Shown one piece after another: positions 11,253-23,592 of a stretch of 64,000 bases of DNA. Every line of letters begins with the position of its first letter. Within the stretch, counting starts at the first letter, position 1. The stretch is from Isurus oxyrinchus (lineage: Eukaryota), in the NCBI GenBank assembly GCA_026770705.1, contig JANJGN010000022.1, forward strand, positions 2,790,001 to 2,854,000. Direction: 5' to 3'. The notes below the pieces were generated by a model, which saw nothing but the letters and a program-made list of their open reading frames with translations, was not told where the DNA came from and made no database searches. Made by a program: the position numbers and the translations under genes.

Positions 11253-14200
11253 ACTGTCCCACTAAACTCCCCGCACACAGAAACACTGCCCCACTAAACT
11301 CCCCGCACACACTGACACTGTCCCACTAAACTCACCGCACACAGTAACACTGTCCCACTAAACTCAGAACACACAGTAACACTGTCCCACTAAACTACCC
11401 GCATACACTGACACTGTCCCACTAAATTCCCCACACACAGTAACACTGTCCCACTAAACTCCCCGCACACAGTAACACTGTCCCACTAAACAATCCACAC
11501 ACAGTAACACTGTCCAACTAAACTCCCTGCACACACTGACACTGTCACACTAAACTCCCCACACAGAGTAACACTGTCCCACTAAACTCCCCGCAAACAA
11601 TAACACTGTCCCACTAAACTCCCCGCACACGGTATCACTGCCCACCAAACTCCCCGCACACACTGACACTGTCCCACTAAACTGCCCACATACAGTAACA
11701 CTGTCCCACTAAACTCCCTGCACACAGTAACACTGTCCCACTAAACTCCCCGCACACAGTAACACTGTCCCATTAAACTCCCCACACGCAGTAAAACTGT
11801 CCCACTAAACTCCCTGCACACAGTAACACTGTCCCACTAAACTCCCCACACACAGTAACACTGTCCCACTAAACTCCCCACTCACAGTAACACTGTCCCA
11901 CTAAACTCCCCGCACACAGTAACACTGTCCCACTAAACTCCCCGCACACTCTGACACTGTCCCACTAAACTCCCCGCACACAGTCACACTGTCCAACTAA
12001 ACTCCCCGCACACAGTAACATTGTACCACTAAACTCCCCGCATACACTGACACTGTCCCACTAAATTCCCCACACACAGTAACACTGTCCCACTAAACTC
12101 CCCGCACACAGTAACACTGTCCCACTAAACTCCCCGCACACAGTAACACTGTCCCACTAAACTCCCCACACACAGTAACACTGTCCCACTAAACTCCCCG
12201 CACACACTGACACTGTCCCACTAAACTACCCGCACACAGTAACACTGTCCCACTAAACTCCCCGCACACAGTAACTCTGTCCCACTAAACTAACTGCACA
12301 CACTGACACTGTCCCACTAAACTCCCCACACACAGTAACACTGTCCCACTAAACTCCCCACACACAGTAACACTGTCCCACTAAACTCCCCGCACACAGT
12401 AACACTGTCCCACTAAACTCCCCGCACACTCTGACACTGTCCCACTAAACTCCCAACACACAGTTACACTGTCCCACTAAACTACCCGCACACGGTAACA
12501 CTGTCCCACTAAACTCCCCGCATACGGTAACACTGTCCCACTAAAATCCCCGCACACGGTAACACTGTCCCACTAAACTCCCTGCACACGGTAACACTGT
12601 CCCACTAAACTCCCCGCACACAGTAACATGTCCCACTAAACTCCCCACACACAGTAACACTGTCCAACTAAACTCCCCGCACACACTGACACTGTCCCAC
12701 TAAACTCCCCACACACAGTAACACTGTCCCACTAAACTCCCAGCACACAGTAACACTGTCCCACTAAACTCCCCGCACACACTGACACTGTCCCACTAAA
12801 CTCCCCGCACACAGTCACACTGTCCAACTAAACTCCCCGCACACAGTAGCATTGTACCACTAAACTCCCCGCACACACTGACACTGTCCCACTAAACACC
12901 CCACACACAGCAACACTGTCCCACCAAACTCCCCGCACACACTGACACTGTCCCACTAAATTCCCCACACACAGTAACACTGTCCCACTAAACTCCCCGC
13001 ACACAGTAAGACTGTCCCACTAAACTCCCCGCACACAGTAACACTGTCCCACTAAACTCCCCGCACACAGTAACACTGTCCCACTGAACTCCCCGCACAC
13101 AGTAACACTGTCCTACTAAACTCCCCACATATAGTAACACTGTCCAACTAAACTCCCCGCACACAGTAACACTGTCCCACTAAACTCCCCGCACACAGTA
13201 ACACTGTCGCATTAAACTCCCTGCACACAATAACACTGTCCCACTAAACTCTCTGCACACAGTAACACTGTCCCACTAAACTCCCCGCACACACTGACAC
13301 TGTCCCACTAAACTACCCGCACACAGTAACACTGTCCCACTAAACTCCCCGCACACAGTAACTCTGTCCCACTAAACTAACTGCACACACTGACACTGTC
13401 CCACTAAACTCCCCACACACAGTAACACTGTCCCACTAAACTCCCCACACTCAGTAACACTGTCCCACTAAACTCCCCGCACACAGTAACACTGTCCCAC
13501 TAAACTCCCCGCACACTCTGACACTGTCCTACTAAACTCCCAACACACAGTTACACTGTCCCACTAAACTACCCGCACACGGTAACACAGTCCCACTAAA
13601 CTCCCCGCATACGGTAACACTGTCCCACTAAAATCCCCGCACACGGTAACACTGTCCCACTAAACTCCCTGCACACGGTAACACTGTCCCACTAAACTCC
13701 CCGCACACAGTAACATGTCCCACTAAACTCTCCACACACAGTAACACTGTCCAACTAAACTCCCCGCACACACTGACACTGTCCCACTAAACTCCCCACA
13801 CACAGTAACACTGTCCCACTAAACTCCCCGCACACACTGACACTGTCCCACTAAACTCCCCGCACACAGTCACACTGTCCAACTAAACTCCCCGCACACA
13901 GTAGCATTGTACCACTAAACTCCCCGCACACACTGACACTGTCCCACTAAACACCCCACACACAGCAACACTGTCCCACCAAACTCCCCGCACACACTGA
14001 CACTGTCCCACTAAATTCCCCACACACAGTAACACTGTCCCACTAAACTCCCCGCACACAGTAACACTGTCCCACTAAACTCCCCGCACACAGTAACACT
14101 GTCCCACTGAACTCCCCGCACACAGTAACACTGTCCTACTAAACTCCCCACATATAGTAACACTGTCCAACTAAACTCCCCGCACACAGTAACACTGTCC

Positions 14201-15949
14201 CACTAAACTCCCCGTACACAGTAACACTGTCCAACTAAACTCCCCGCACACAGTAACACTGTCCCACTAAACTCCCCGCACACAGTAACACTGTCGCACT
14301 AAACACTCCGCACACAATAACACTGTCCCACTAAACTCCCCACACACAGTAACACTGTCCCACTAAACTCCCCGCATACAATAACACTGTCCCACTAAAC
14401 TCCCTGCACACAGTAACACTGTCCCACTAAACTCCCCGCACACACTGACACTGTCCCACTTAACTACCCGCACACAGTAACACTGTCCCACTAAACTAAC
14501 TGCACACACTGACACTGTCCCACTAAACTCCCCACATACAGTAACACTGTCCCACTAAACACCCCGCACACAGTACACTGTCCCACTAAACTCCTCGCAC
14601 ACGGTAACACTGTCCCACTAAACTCCCCGCACACAGTAACACTGTCCCACTAAACTCCCCGCACACAATAACACTGTCCCACTAAACTCCCCGCACACAC
14701 TGACACTGTACCACTAAACTCCCCACATACAGTAACACTGTCCCACTAAACTCCCCGCACACAGTAACACTGTCCCACTAAACTCCCCACACACAGTAAC
14801 ACTGTCCCACTGATCTCCCCACACACAGTAACACTGTCCCACTAAACTAACTGCACACACTGACACTGTCACACTAATCTCCCCACACACAGTAACACTG
14901 TCCAACTAAACTCCCCGCACACAATAACACTGTCCCACTAAACACCCCACAGACAGTAACACTGTCCCACTAAACTGCCCGCACGCTGTAACATTGTACC
15001 ACTAAACTCCCTGCACACACTGTAATACTGTCCCACTAAACACCCCACACACAGCAACACTGTCCCACTAAATTCCCCACACACAGTAACACTGTCCCAC
15101 TAAACTCCCCACACACACTGACACTGTCCCACTAAACTCCCCACACACAGTAACACTGTCTCACTAAACACCCCACAGACAGTAACACTGTCCCACTAAA
15201 CTCCCCACACACAGAAACACTGTCTCACTAAACACCCCACAGACAGTAACACTGTCCCACTAAACTCCCCACACACAGTAACACTGTCCCACTGATCTCC
15301 CCACACACAGTAACACTGTCCCACTAAACTAACTGCACACACTGACACTGTCCCACTAATCTCCCCACACACAGTAACACTGTCCAACTAAACTCCCCGC
15401 ACACAATAACACTGTCCCACTAAACACCCCACAGACAGTAACACTGTCCCACTAAACTCCCCGCACGCTGTAACATTGTACCACTAAACTCCCTGCACAC
15501 ACTGTAATACTGTCCCACTAAACACCCCACACACAGCAACACTGTCCCACTAAATTCCCCACACACAGTAACACTGTCCCACTAAACTCCCCACACACAC
15601 TGACACTGTCCCACTAAACTCCCCACACACAGTAACACTGTCTCACTAAACACCCCACAGACAGTAACACTGTCCCACTAAACTCCCCGCAAACAGTAAC
15701 ATTGTCCCACTAAACTCCCCGCACACTGACACTGTGCCACTAATCTCCCCACACACAGTAACACTGTCCCACTAAACTCCCCACACACAGTAACACTGTC
15801 CCACTAAACTCCCCACACACAGTCACATTGTCCCACTAAACTCCCCGCACACTGACACTGTCCCACTAATCTCCCCACACACAGTAACACTGTCACACTA
15901 AACTCCCCACACACAGTCACACTGTCCCACTAAACTCCCCACACACAGT
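11253..15949. repeat. Minisatellite, 32-bp unit, ~147 copies
   Basis: Consensus aacactgtcccactaaactccccgcacacagt; period checked (unit starts at 11889 and 11921). Confidence 0.97.
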
Positions 15950-16077
15950 GATAAAATTCCTATTAATTTATAGACCAGTTAAGTAGTTGGGCAACAAGGA
16001 AAACAATTTGTATACCAGCCTTTACTGTAATGGGGCTTGGCGTTTAAGCGTGAGGGAATCTTGCTGCAATTAAATGA

Positions 16078-16640
16078 GAACCTTGCATTTAAATAGCGTC
16101 TTTCACTACAACAAGATGTCCCAAAGCATTTTGCAGCCAATTGAATTATCTGGAAGTGTAGCCAGTATATAATAGAGGAACTCGACAGCTAATTTGCATA
16201 TAGCAAGCTCCCACAAACAGCAATATGATAATGACTGGATCATGCTTTCGTGATGTTGGTTAAGGAATGAATATTTGCCATGCTAATAGGGAGAACTGTC
16301 CTGTTCTCCATACAATGACTCAGGAGGGTGATTTTCCTGAATATTCGCTCTCTGAATTTCTCGGCCACGGTAAATATTTGAAGAACAGGCATGTCGGAGT
16401 ACATGGCTTTGAAGAAATGCATCTGATTTTCCTTTCATTCTTCGAATAGGATTATGGGATCATCAGTTCCACCTGAGAAGACAAATGGGGCCTCAATTTA
16501 ACTTTTCATCCAAAAGATAGCACTTTCAACAATGCAGCACTCCCCCAGTACTGCAGGATTGTCGGATTGTACCTGGATTATGTGTTCAAGTCTTGCAGCC
16601 ATGACTTTCAGTTGCACTGAGCCAGAGCCCACAGCTGTGC
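16078..16640 (-). mobile_element. Deu-domain SINE (with ~110-bp internal insert at ~16330-16440)
   Basis: Reverse complement of the 8595-9010 family (cttgcatttaaatagcg...caagctcccacaaacagcaat...catccaaaagatagcac...cagcactccc.cagtact). Confidence 0.7.
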
Positions 16641-18774
16641 CTCTCCTGTAAGGGTGGCTTGTTACACCAACTGAGGCCAGTTCCACATGAGTGGTACAGG
16701 CCATCATACTCTGGACACCTGGCATGGGGACTAGTGACTGGTGGTATCACAGTGTCGTCAGTTTACCCCAGGGTTTTGAGGAGTTTGAAACATTCAAAGA
16801 AACGATTTTGTCCTGGGAGGCAGGGTTTGCTGGTGGTGGGAGATACGATCTTGGCTACACAGCATTCAAAATTATCTAATTACAAAAATAACGTAAACAC
16901 TTTAATAGTCGTGAGACATGGATAGTCAGAGTTGTTAACACATGGGAAAGAGACAGATGGCGTTTATTATTGGCAAGACTGATTTATCCTTAAGTACATG
17001 GAGCCAAAGCTTTTTTTAAGAGTAACATATATCAAAATAGGTTGCAGTCATAAACTTAAAGCAAATGATGACTCTCCTAAGGAAGGAGAACAGGATGGGC
17101 AGGACACTGTGTAACTGGTGCTCATTCTGGACATGTGCTGTACACGACCCTAATCTCTAGATTAGAATCAGAATCACAGAATTGTTACAGTGCAGGAGGC
17201 CATTCAGCCCATCATATCTGCATTGGCTCTCTGAATGAGCAATTTGCTTGAATGATCAGGATGGAATTCTCCTTCACTGATGGGGCACACAGTTTATGAT
17301 GCTGACTGGTCCTGATCTCAGCAGGATTAGATCCCAGAGTCTCACGATGGGATCTAATTGGTTTAAGATGGACTAACACCACTGTTGGAATGCCTGGGAA
17401 AGCATGCTGGGAGTTGTGGTTTATGTCTTCCTTCAGCAGCTCCGTAGTTTAGAATCTTGGCATCACAGCACCAACAAATTACACTCACTGGTCAAGCATT
17501 GGTCTCTTCAACTCCCAGTCCCCCAGCCTTGAAGAAGAGGGCCCTGGAATGTGTGTCCGGGTGAGGGGAGGGAGTAGGGTGAGCTTCAGTAGGAGGATCC
17601 CATTACTAGTATCTGGATTCTAGTTGTTATTGTTGTTTAACTGTATCTATTTACGTAACTTTGAACTTCCATAAAGGACAATAAGGAAAAAAGCCTGGAA
17701 TATTTTACAACAGTTGCATCCTAACAACGATGCATGTCCTGGCCCCTTAGCCAGAAGCTCTGGGCTCCCACGCCAGGACTAGTTGTATGACATCAAGCCA
17801 CATTATGGGTGGAATTTTCCGTGCCCACTGGCACTGGGTGTGTTTGGTGTTGTGAGTGGACAATACGGTGAGAAGGCCACAAACATTGTGAAACCAGTTT
17901 GTGATCGTCCGCTCAGCCCATTGATGGTGGGCCGCAGTTTCCACCATTGGATGTCGGGAACCTCATTGTGATATATCTGCATATCATTATAAGGCCAGTC
18001 CACCGGAATCATTCCCCCCCTGCTGGATCGCCTGTCCATGTTGGCCTACGATCACGCCAACGTCTTTCATGTCAAAAACATGCACTTGGCAGGCTGCACT
18101 TTGAGGGGAACTCAGTGGTGAGTACATAGTAATGTTACGCAGTGCTTGAGAGGGACATCTGTTGGACTTCCAGGTTGAGGCACATTGGCGGGGGGGCAAA
18201 GGCTGCTCTGCAGTTGAAGGTAGCGCACAAGGATGGGGTGGGGGAGGGGACTGGCCACCCATTAACCTTGTATAAAGTGACCATCCCTCTGCAGTTCAGG
18301 CAGTTCAGGTGGAGCCACATTGATGTGATTGGAGTTGGGCCTCTAGCTTCTCTGCCCACTCGAGCAATGTAGAGGCATCAAAGTGTCACCAAATGCTCTA
18401 GTCCTGCAAAGTCCTGAGCATTTTAGTGGACAGCAGAACAGCTGGATGACTGCACACATTGTACAATCTCCTCGCTAACGCTGACCGTGGAGCAGTCACT
18501 GCTGGAGGTGCTCACAGCCCCTTGCAGTGTCAGCATCCTGGCTTGGACCAGTCTCCCCATGGTTGAAGCTAACAGGGCAGCCTTGCAGTGTGGGTTAGGA
18601 GAATGTCTGTGCCCGAGCTGAGAGCACAGGATGCAGTCCAATGGGCAAAGCTTTTTTTTTATTCATTCATGGGATGCGGCTTCGCTGGCTGGGCCAGCAG
18701 TTATTACCCAACCCTAGTTGCCCTTGAGAAGGAGGTGGTGAGCTGCCTTCTTGAACTGCTGCCGCCACTCAGTG

Positions 18775-19140
18775 AGGTGGAGTGGGGCAGAGATGGGTGG
18801 GGTGGAGGTGGAGTGGGGTGGAGGTGGGTGGGGTGGAGGTGGGTGGGTCGGAGGTGGGTGGGGTGGGGGTGGAGGTGGGTGGGGTGGAGGTGGGGGGGGT
18901 GGAGGTGGAGTCGGGTGGAGGTGGGTGAGTGGGGTGGAGGTGGAGTGGGGTGGAGGTGGGTGGGGCGGAGGTGGATGGAGTGGGGTGGAGGTGGGTGGGG
19001 TGGAGGTGGGTGAGTGGGGTGGAGGTGGAGTGGGGTGGAGGTGGGTGGGGCGGAGGTGGATGGAGTGGGGTGGAGGTGGGTGGGGTGGAGGTGGGTGGGC
19101 AGAGGTGGGTGGGGTGGAGATGAGTGGAGGTGGGTGGGGT
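18775..19140. repeat. G-rich simple repeat (GGAGGTGGGTGGGGT-like)
   Basis: Short GGT/GGA-based tandem units directly after a LINE-tail insert (~18651-18770) inside the Harbinger relic. Confidence 0.9.
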
Positions 19141-19519
19141 TTCGGGCAGCCATGCAGCGCACTAAACTCTGACCATCCAAGTGCCGTCCAGCACTCTCCG
19201 GGATGCGTTAAGGAGCCTTCAAACTTAACCAGGAGAGGTTCTTAGTGTGCCCGTGCTAACCTACAGGTCTCTCTCTTTCATCCTGCAGGAGGAGTACATC
19301 AGGATCATGGGGCCTGGTGAACTAGCTGTATACCTGATGGCCTGCAGAGAGTGAAGACGATGAGGAGAGAGTGACTGAGGCTCCTGGCTGCTCAGGGGGA
19401 AGGGGCAGCAACCTCAGGGGGAAGGGGCAGCAACCTCAGGGGGAAGGGGCAGCTGGGACTCCCACACACACACCGCCAAAGAGCCACAGCAAGCCCTCAC
19501 TGCTCAGAACCTAACCACA

Positions 19520-19810
19520 CCCAGGGTTTATAGACACCACTTTACATTCCTGCAGATGACCAAGAACAAGTGTCGCCAAAGACTGTGCGTAGCTAGGGAA
19601 CTGGTCAATCACATCTACCAGCTGTTGCAGGATTTGGCGTCACAGGGACATGGAGGACATCCACTGCCAGTGGCTGTGAAAGTGACTACGGTGCTCAATT
19701 TCTATGCCAGTGGCTCCTTTCAGGGCTCCACAGTTGGCCTCTGAGATAGCACAAGACTCCACCCACAAAGGCATCCATGAGGTCATGGAAGCCATCTTCG
19801 TGAGGGAACA
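19520..19810 (+). pseudogene. Harbinger (HARBI1-like) transposase N-terminal fragment
   Basis: PRVYRHHFTFLQMTKNKCRQRL...HPLPVAVKVTTVLNFYASGSFQ matches the N-terminal motif of the Harbinger/HARBI1 family; truncated by a stop. Confidence 0.8.
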
Positions 19811-19854
19811 CAACTTTGGGTTTATGAATGTGTGAGTTGAGAGTGATGAGAAAA

Positions 19855-20100
19855 GTGACTTCCCCTGGCAGAACAGAGGAGATCATTCATCCTCTTGCGG
19901 CACTGGGTGTCTGTCCTCTTTTGCAGGGCGTTGGCACTGAACACTGCTGCTACCGCCTCCCAAGCCGGGTTAGTGATGCTGCTGCCCATCCTGCGGCCAG
20001 AGCTGGGGTACGGGACATCACACCGAGCATCCACTGCATTCAAAAGGCGCTTGAGGGACGCGTCATTGAACCTGCAGGCTGCCATCATTTTGCCTTTTGG
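19855..20100 (-). pseudogene. Harbinger accessory Myb/SANT-like DNA-binding domain fragment
   Basis: AACRFNDASLKRLLNAVDAR..V.YP...NPAWEAVAAVFSANALQKRT.TQCRKRMNDL follows the trihelix/Myb-like (NAIF1/MSANTD-type) pattern. Confidence 0.8.
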
Positions 20101-20539
20101 GGCCGTGTCTTCTTTGCAGCAGCCATGGGCTGGAAGCTCTGAGAGGTGTACGCACGGCTGCAGTTTAAATCTGGTGCCCGGCGTGATGAAGCAGTGAGGT
20201 AATGGTGTGGTGGGCGAATGAGAGCCTGCCCACCATGGAAACGGTGTGTTTCCAGGAAATGCATAATTAATGCGGCGGGTTTGGGACAATACGGAGTGAA
20301 AACGTCATTTTACCGCCCGCTATCGCACTTAGTGCAAATCTGGCATGATTCTGCCCTGTGAGACATTAGGTCAGATGACCAAGAGCTTGGTCAAAGAGGT
20401 AAGGTTTTTAAGGAGTGTCTTAAAGGAAGAAAATGAGGTGGAGAGGTTTAGGGAGGGAATTCCAGAGCTTGTGGCTTGGGTAACTAGAGGTGTGTCCTCT
20501 TTAGCTAATCCTGGTCTATACCATTCAGGTTACAGAGGA

Positions 20540-21025
20540 CTTTGGCCATGGAGAGAATGCATCGCAGATTCACCAGAATGTTACCAGGACTCCCAAGGGT
20601 TAGATTGTGAGGAGAGATTACATAAACTAGGCTTGTATTCTCTGGAATGTAGAAGGTTAAGGCTTTGATTGAGGTTTTTAGGGTTTTGAAAGGAATTAAT
20701 AGAAAGGGTTGGGAGAACATTTTTCCACTGGGTGGGGGAGTCTCCAAGGACTAGAGCACGTAACCTTAAAATCAGAGGCAGGCCTTTCAGGAGAAACGTT
20801 CCAAAAGTCTTTTTCACAGAAGGTGGTAGGAGTGTGGAACTCCGCATAGAAAGTAGCAGATGCTAGCTCATTGAATAATTTTTTTGTCTGCGATTGGTAG
20901 ATTTTTCCTAGCCTAGCCAAGGGTGTAAAAGAATATGGAGCCAAAGACTAAAAATGAAGTTCCGATACAGATTAGTCTTGATCTCATTGAATGGCTGAGG
21001 GCCTGAAAGCCTCCTCCTGTTCCTC
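20540..21025 (+). mobile_element. CR1 3' end
   Basis: EERLHKLGLYSLECRRLR (ORF 20345-20668) followed by a CR1 tail ending cctcctcctgttcct. Confidence 0.75.
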
Positions 21026-21281
21026 GATTCCCCTGATCAAACTCACTGGGTCACTCCGGAGCTATTGCTTCTCTTTCCTAATATGGCAAAATCACAAGGG
21101 ACAATCAATTCTTGTTTCAACAAAACCTCTGCAAATAGGGTGGGCCTTATGTTTGACCTCACTTTAAAAAATACCTAGAGGGTAAATTTTAACCTAACCA
21201 GTCCAGCGGGAACCTGAAACAAAAACAAAAATTGCTGGAAAAACTCAGCCAGTCTGACAGCATCTGTGGAGAGAAAGACAG

Positions 21282-21320
21282 AGTTAACGTTTCGAGTCCG
21301 TATGGCTCTTCTTCAGAACT
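21282..21320 (-). ncRNA. Minimal hammerhead ribozyme motif (PLE terminal repeat)
   Basis: Minus strand AGUU CUGAAGA A GAGCC AUACG GACUC GAAAC GUU AACU: stem I AGUU/AACU, CUGANGA and GAAA boxes, stem II with one mismatch, palindromic ACGU in place of stem III. Confidence 0.6.
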
Positions 21321-22938
21321 GAAGAGAAGTAGAAATGAGGTGAAATATATACTGTTTAAGGGGGTGGGGCAGGTGAAGCTGGATAGAAGACCAGGGATAG
21401 GTGGAGGCAAAGGAGAGATTGCGAAAGATGTCATAAACCAAAGGTCAAAGGGTTGTTAATAGTGGTGATACTGGCTAAAGGAGGTGCTATTGGTGACATT
21501 AAGAGTGGAAAGCAGAATGTGATAATGGCTGGACCATGGAAAGCACTCTGGAAAGTGATAGATGGCCCTAGTGGGGGTGGGGGTGGGGGGGAGGGGACGG
21601 TGTGGGGAAGAAAGATTGAAATAGGCTAAAAGCTGGGGATAAAACAATGAACAAAAATGGAAATAAATTTAAAAAATAATAATAATGAAAATAAGTGGGG
21701 GGAAATAAATAAATAACTAAATAAATAAAAATTAATAAAGGAAAAGGGGGGGGAATCAAAAAGGGGTAGGGATGGAGGAGTGTGTTCATGGTCTGAAGTT
21801 GTTGAACTCAATATTCAGACCGGAAGGCTGTAAGGTGCCTAGTCGGAAGATGAGGTGTTGTTCCTCCAGTTTGCGTTGGGCTTCACTGGAACAATGCAGC
21901 AGGCCAAGGACAGACATGTGGGCATGAGAGCAGGGTGGAGTGTTGAAATGGCAAGCGACAGGGAGGTCTGGGTCATGCTTGCAGATAGACTGAAGGTGTT
22001 CCGCAAAGCGGTTACCCAGTCTGCGTTTGGTCTCTCCAGTGTAGAGGAAACCACATTGGAATGCAGTAGACTAAATTGAGGGAAGTGCAAAAGAAATGCT
22101 GCTTCACTTGAAAGGAGTGTTTGGGCCCTTGGACGGTGAGGAGCAGGGAGATAAAGGGGCAGGTGTTGCACCTTCTCCGATTGCATGGGAAGGTGCTGTG
22201 GGAGGGGGTTGAGGTGTAGGAGGCGATGGAGGAGTGGATCAGGGTGTTCCGGAGGGAACAGTCCCTATGGAATGTCAACGGTGTGGGGTGAAGGGAAGAT
22301 GTGTTTGGTGGTGGCATCATGCTGGAGTTGACGGAAATGGCGGAGGATGATCCTTTGAATGCGGAGGCTGGTGGTGTGAAAAGTGAGGACAAGGGGGACC
22401 CTATCATGGTTCTGGGAGGGAGAGAAAGGTGCATAGGAGATGGGTTGGACATGGTTGAAGGCCCCTGGGTGGGTGGGAAACCTCGGTTAAGGATGAAGGA
22501 AGACATGTCAGAAGCACTGATTTGGAAAGTGGCATCATCGGAACAGATGCGACGGAGGCGAAGGAACTGAGAGAATGGGATGGAGTCCTTACAGGAAGCG
22601 GAGTGTGAGGAGTTGTAGTCGAGGTAGCTGTGGGAGTCGGTGGGCTTGTAATGAATATTGGTGGACAGTCTATCACCAGAAATTGAGACAGAGAGGTCAG
22701 GGAAGGGAAGTGTCGGAGATGGACCATGTGAAAGTGATGGAGGGGTGGAAATTGTAAGCAAAATTAATAAGTTTTTCCAAGTCCAGACAGGAGCATGAAG
22801 AGGCACCAAAACAATCATCAATGTATCAAAAAAAGAGTTACCTCTCCTTTGTCTCCACCAATCACTGGCCTTCTATCCAGCTTCACGTGTTCCACCCCCT
22901 TAAACAGTATATATTTCACCACATTTCCACATCCCTTT

Positions 22939-22977
22939 AGCTCTGAAGAAAAGTCATATGGACTCGAAACGTTAACT
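22939..22977 (+). ncRNA. Minimal hammerhead ribozyme motif (inverted PLE arm, degenerate)
   Basis: AGCU CUGAAGA A AAGUC AUAUG GACUC GAAAC GUU AACU; core boxes intact, one mismatch each in stems I and II. Confidence 0.5.
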
Positions 22978-23309
22978 CTGTCTTTCTCTCCAAAGCTTCC
23001 GTCAGACCCGCTGAGTTTTTCCAGCAGTTCCAGCATTTTTTGTTTTTGTTTCAGATTTCCAGCATCTGCAGTATTTTGCCTTTACCAGCGGGAGCCTGAC
23101 AGTTTGGGGCCAGTTTTCTCTTATATACTAGCTCCAATATGATTTTCCATTGATTTAAACAGAAAACAAAATCGAATTGCCAATCCAATCTTGTTCAGTG
23201 TCCTACTGGGTGCATCATGTTAAAAATCACTCTCCTCTTTCAAGGAATCAAGCACGGGTCTGGTCCTTTTAACAGAATCTGAGCTGTCCAAATAAACTAG
23301 CCTCTTGTC

Positions 23310-23592
23310 TATCCCTGATTTTCTTCACTCCACTCATGGTGGCTATGTCTTCAGCTGCCTGGGCCCTAAGTTTTGGAATTCCCTCCCTAAACCTCCCCGC
23401 CTCTCTCTCTCTCTGCTTCCCTGTCCTTCTTTAAGTTGCTCCTGAAAATCCACCAATTTGATCAAATCTTTGAACATCTGTCCTAATAGCTCCTCGGTGG
23501 CTCAGTGTCATATTTTGTTTGGTAATTCCCCTGTAAAGCACCTTGGGGCATTTTATTATGTGAAAGGTGCTATGTAAATGCAAGTTGTTGTG
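23310..23592 (+). mobile_element. L2 LINE 3' end
   Basis: ttcagctgcctgggccctaag..tggaattccctccctaaacctc...tgaaaggtgctatgtaaatgcaagttgttg; same family as 6690-8075. Confidence 0.75.

Larger units (their letters stand above)
17807..20356. mobile_element. PIF/Harbinger transposon relic (transposase and Myb/SANT remnants)
   Basis: TIRs gggtggaattttcc / gattctgccc; 3-bp flanks tat/tgt; contains a HARBI1-like fragment (+) and a Myb-like fragment (-). Confidence 0.8.
21218..23084 (-). mobile_element. Penelope-like element (RT C-terminus plus GIY-YIG endonuclease, frameshifted) with inverted terminal repeat
   Basis: Minus ORF 22012-22821: STNIHYKPTDSHSYLDYNSSH..CKDSIPFSQFLRLRRICSD and KQHF.C.S.NLVYCI. 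~200-bp arm at 21218-21420 is inverted at 22843-23055. 15-bp TSD ccagcggga(a/g)cctga at 21203-21217 and 23085-23099. Confidence 0.9.

Noticed and set aside
11253-15949. Possible CRISPR-like array (32-bp repeats)
   Set aside because: Units are head-to-tail with no unique spacers, there are no cas genes, and the context is vertebrate.
18588-19245. Gly/Trp-rich and Pro/His-rich ORFs
   Set aside because: Artefacts of the G-rich simple repeat.
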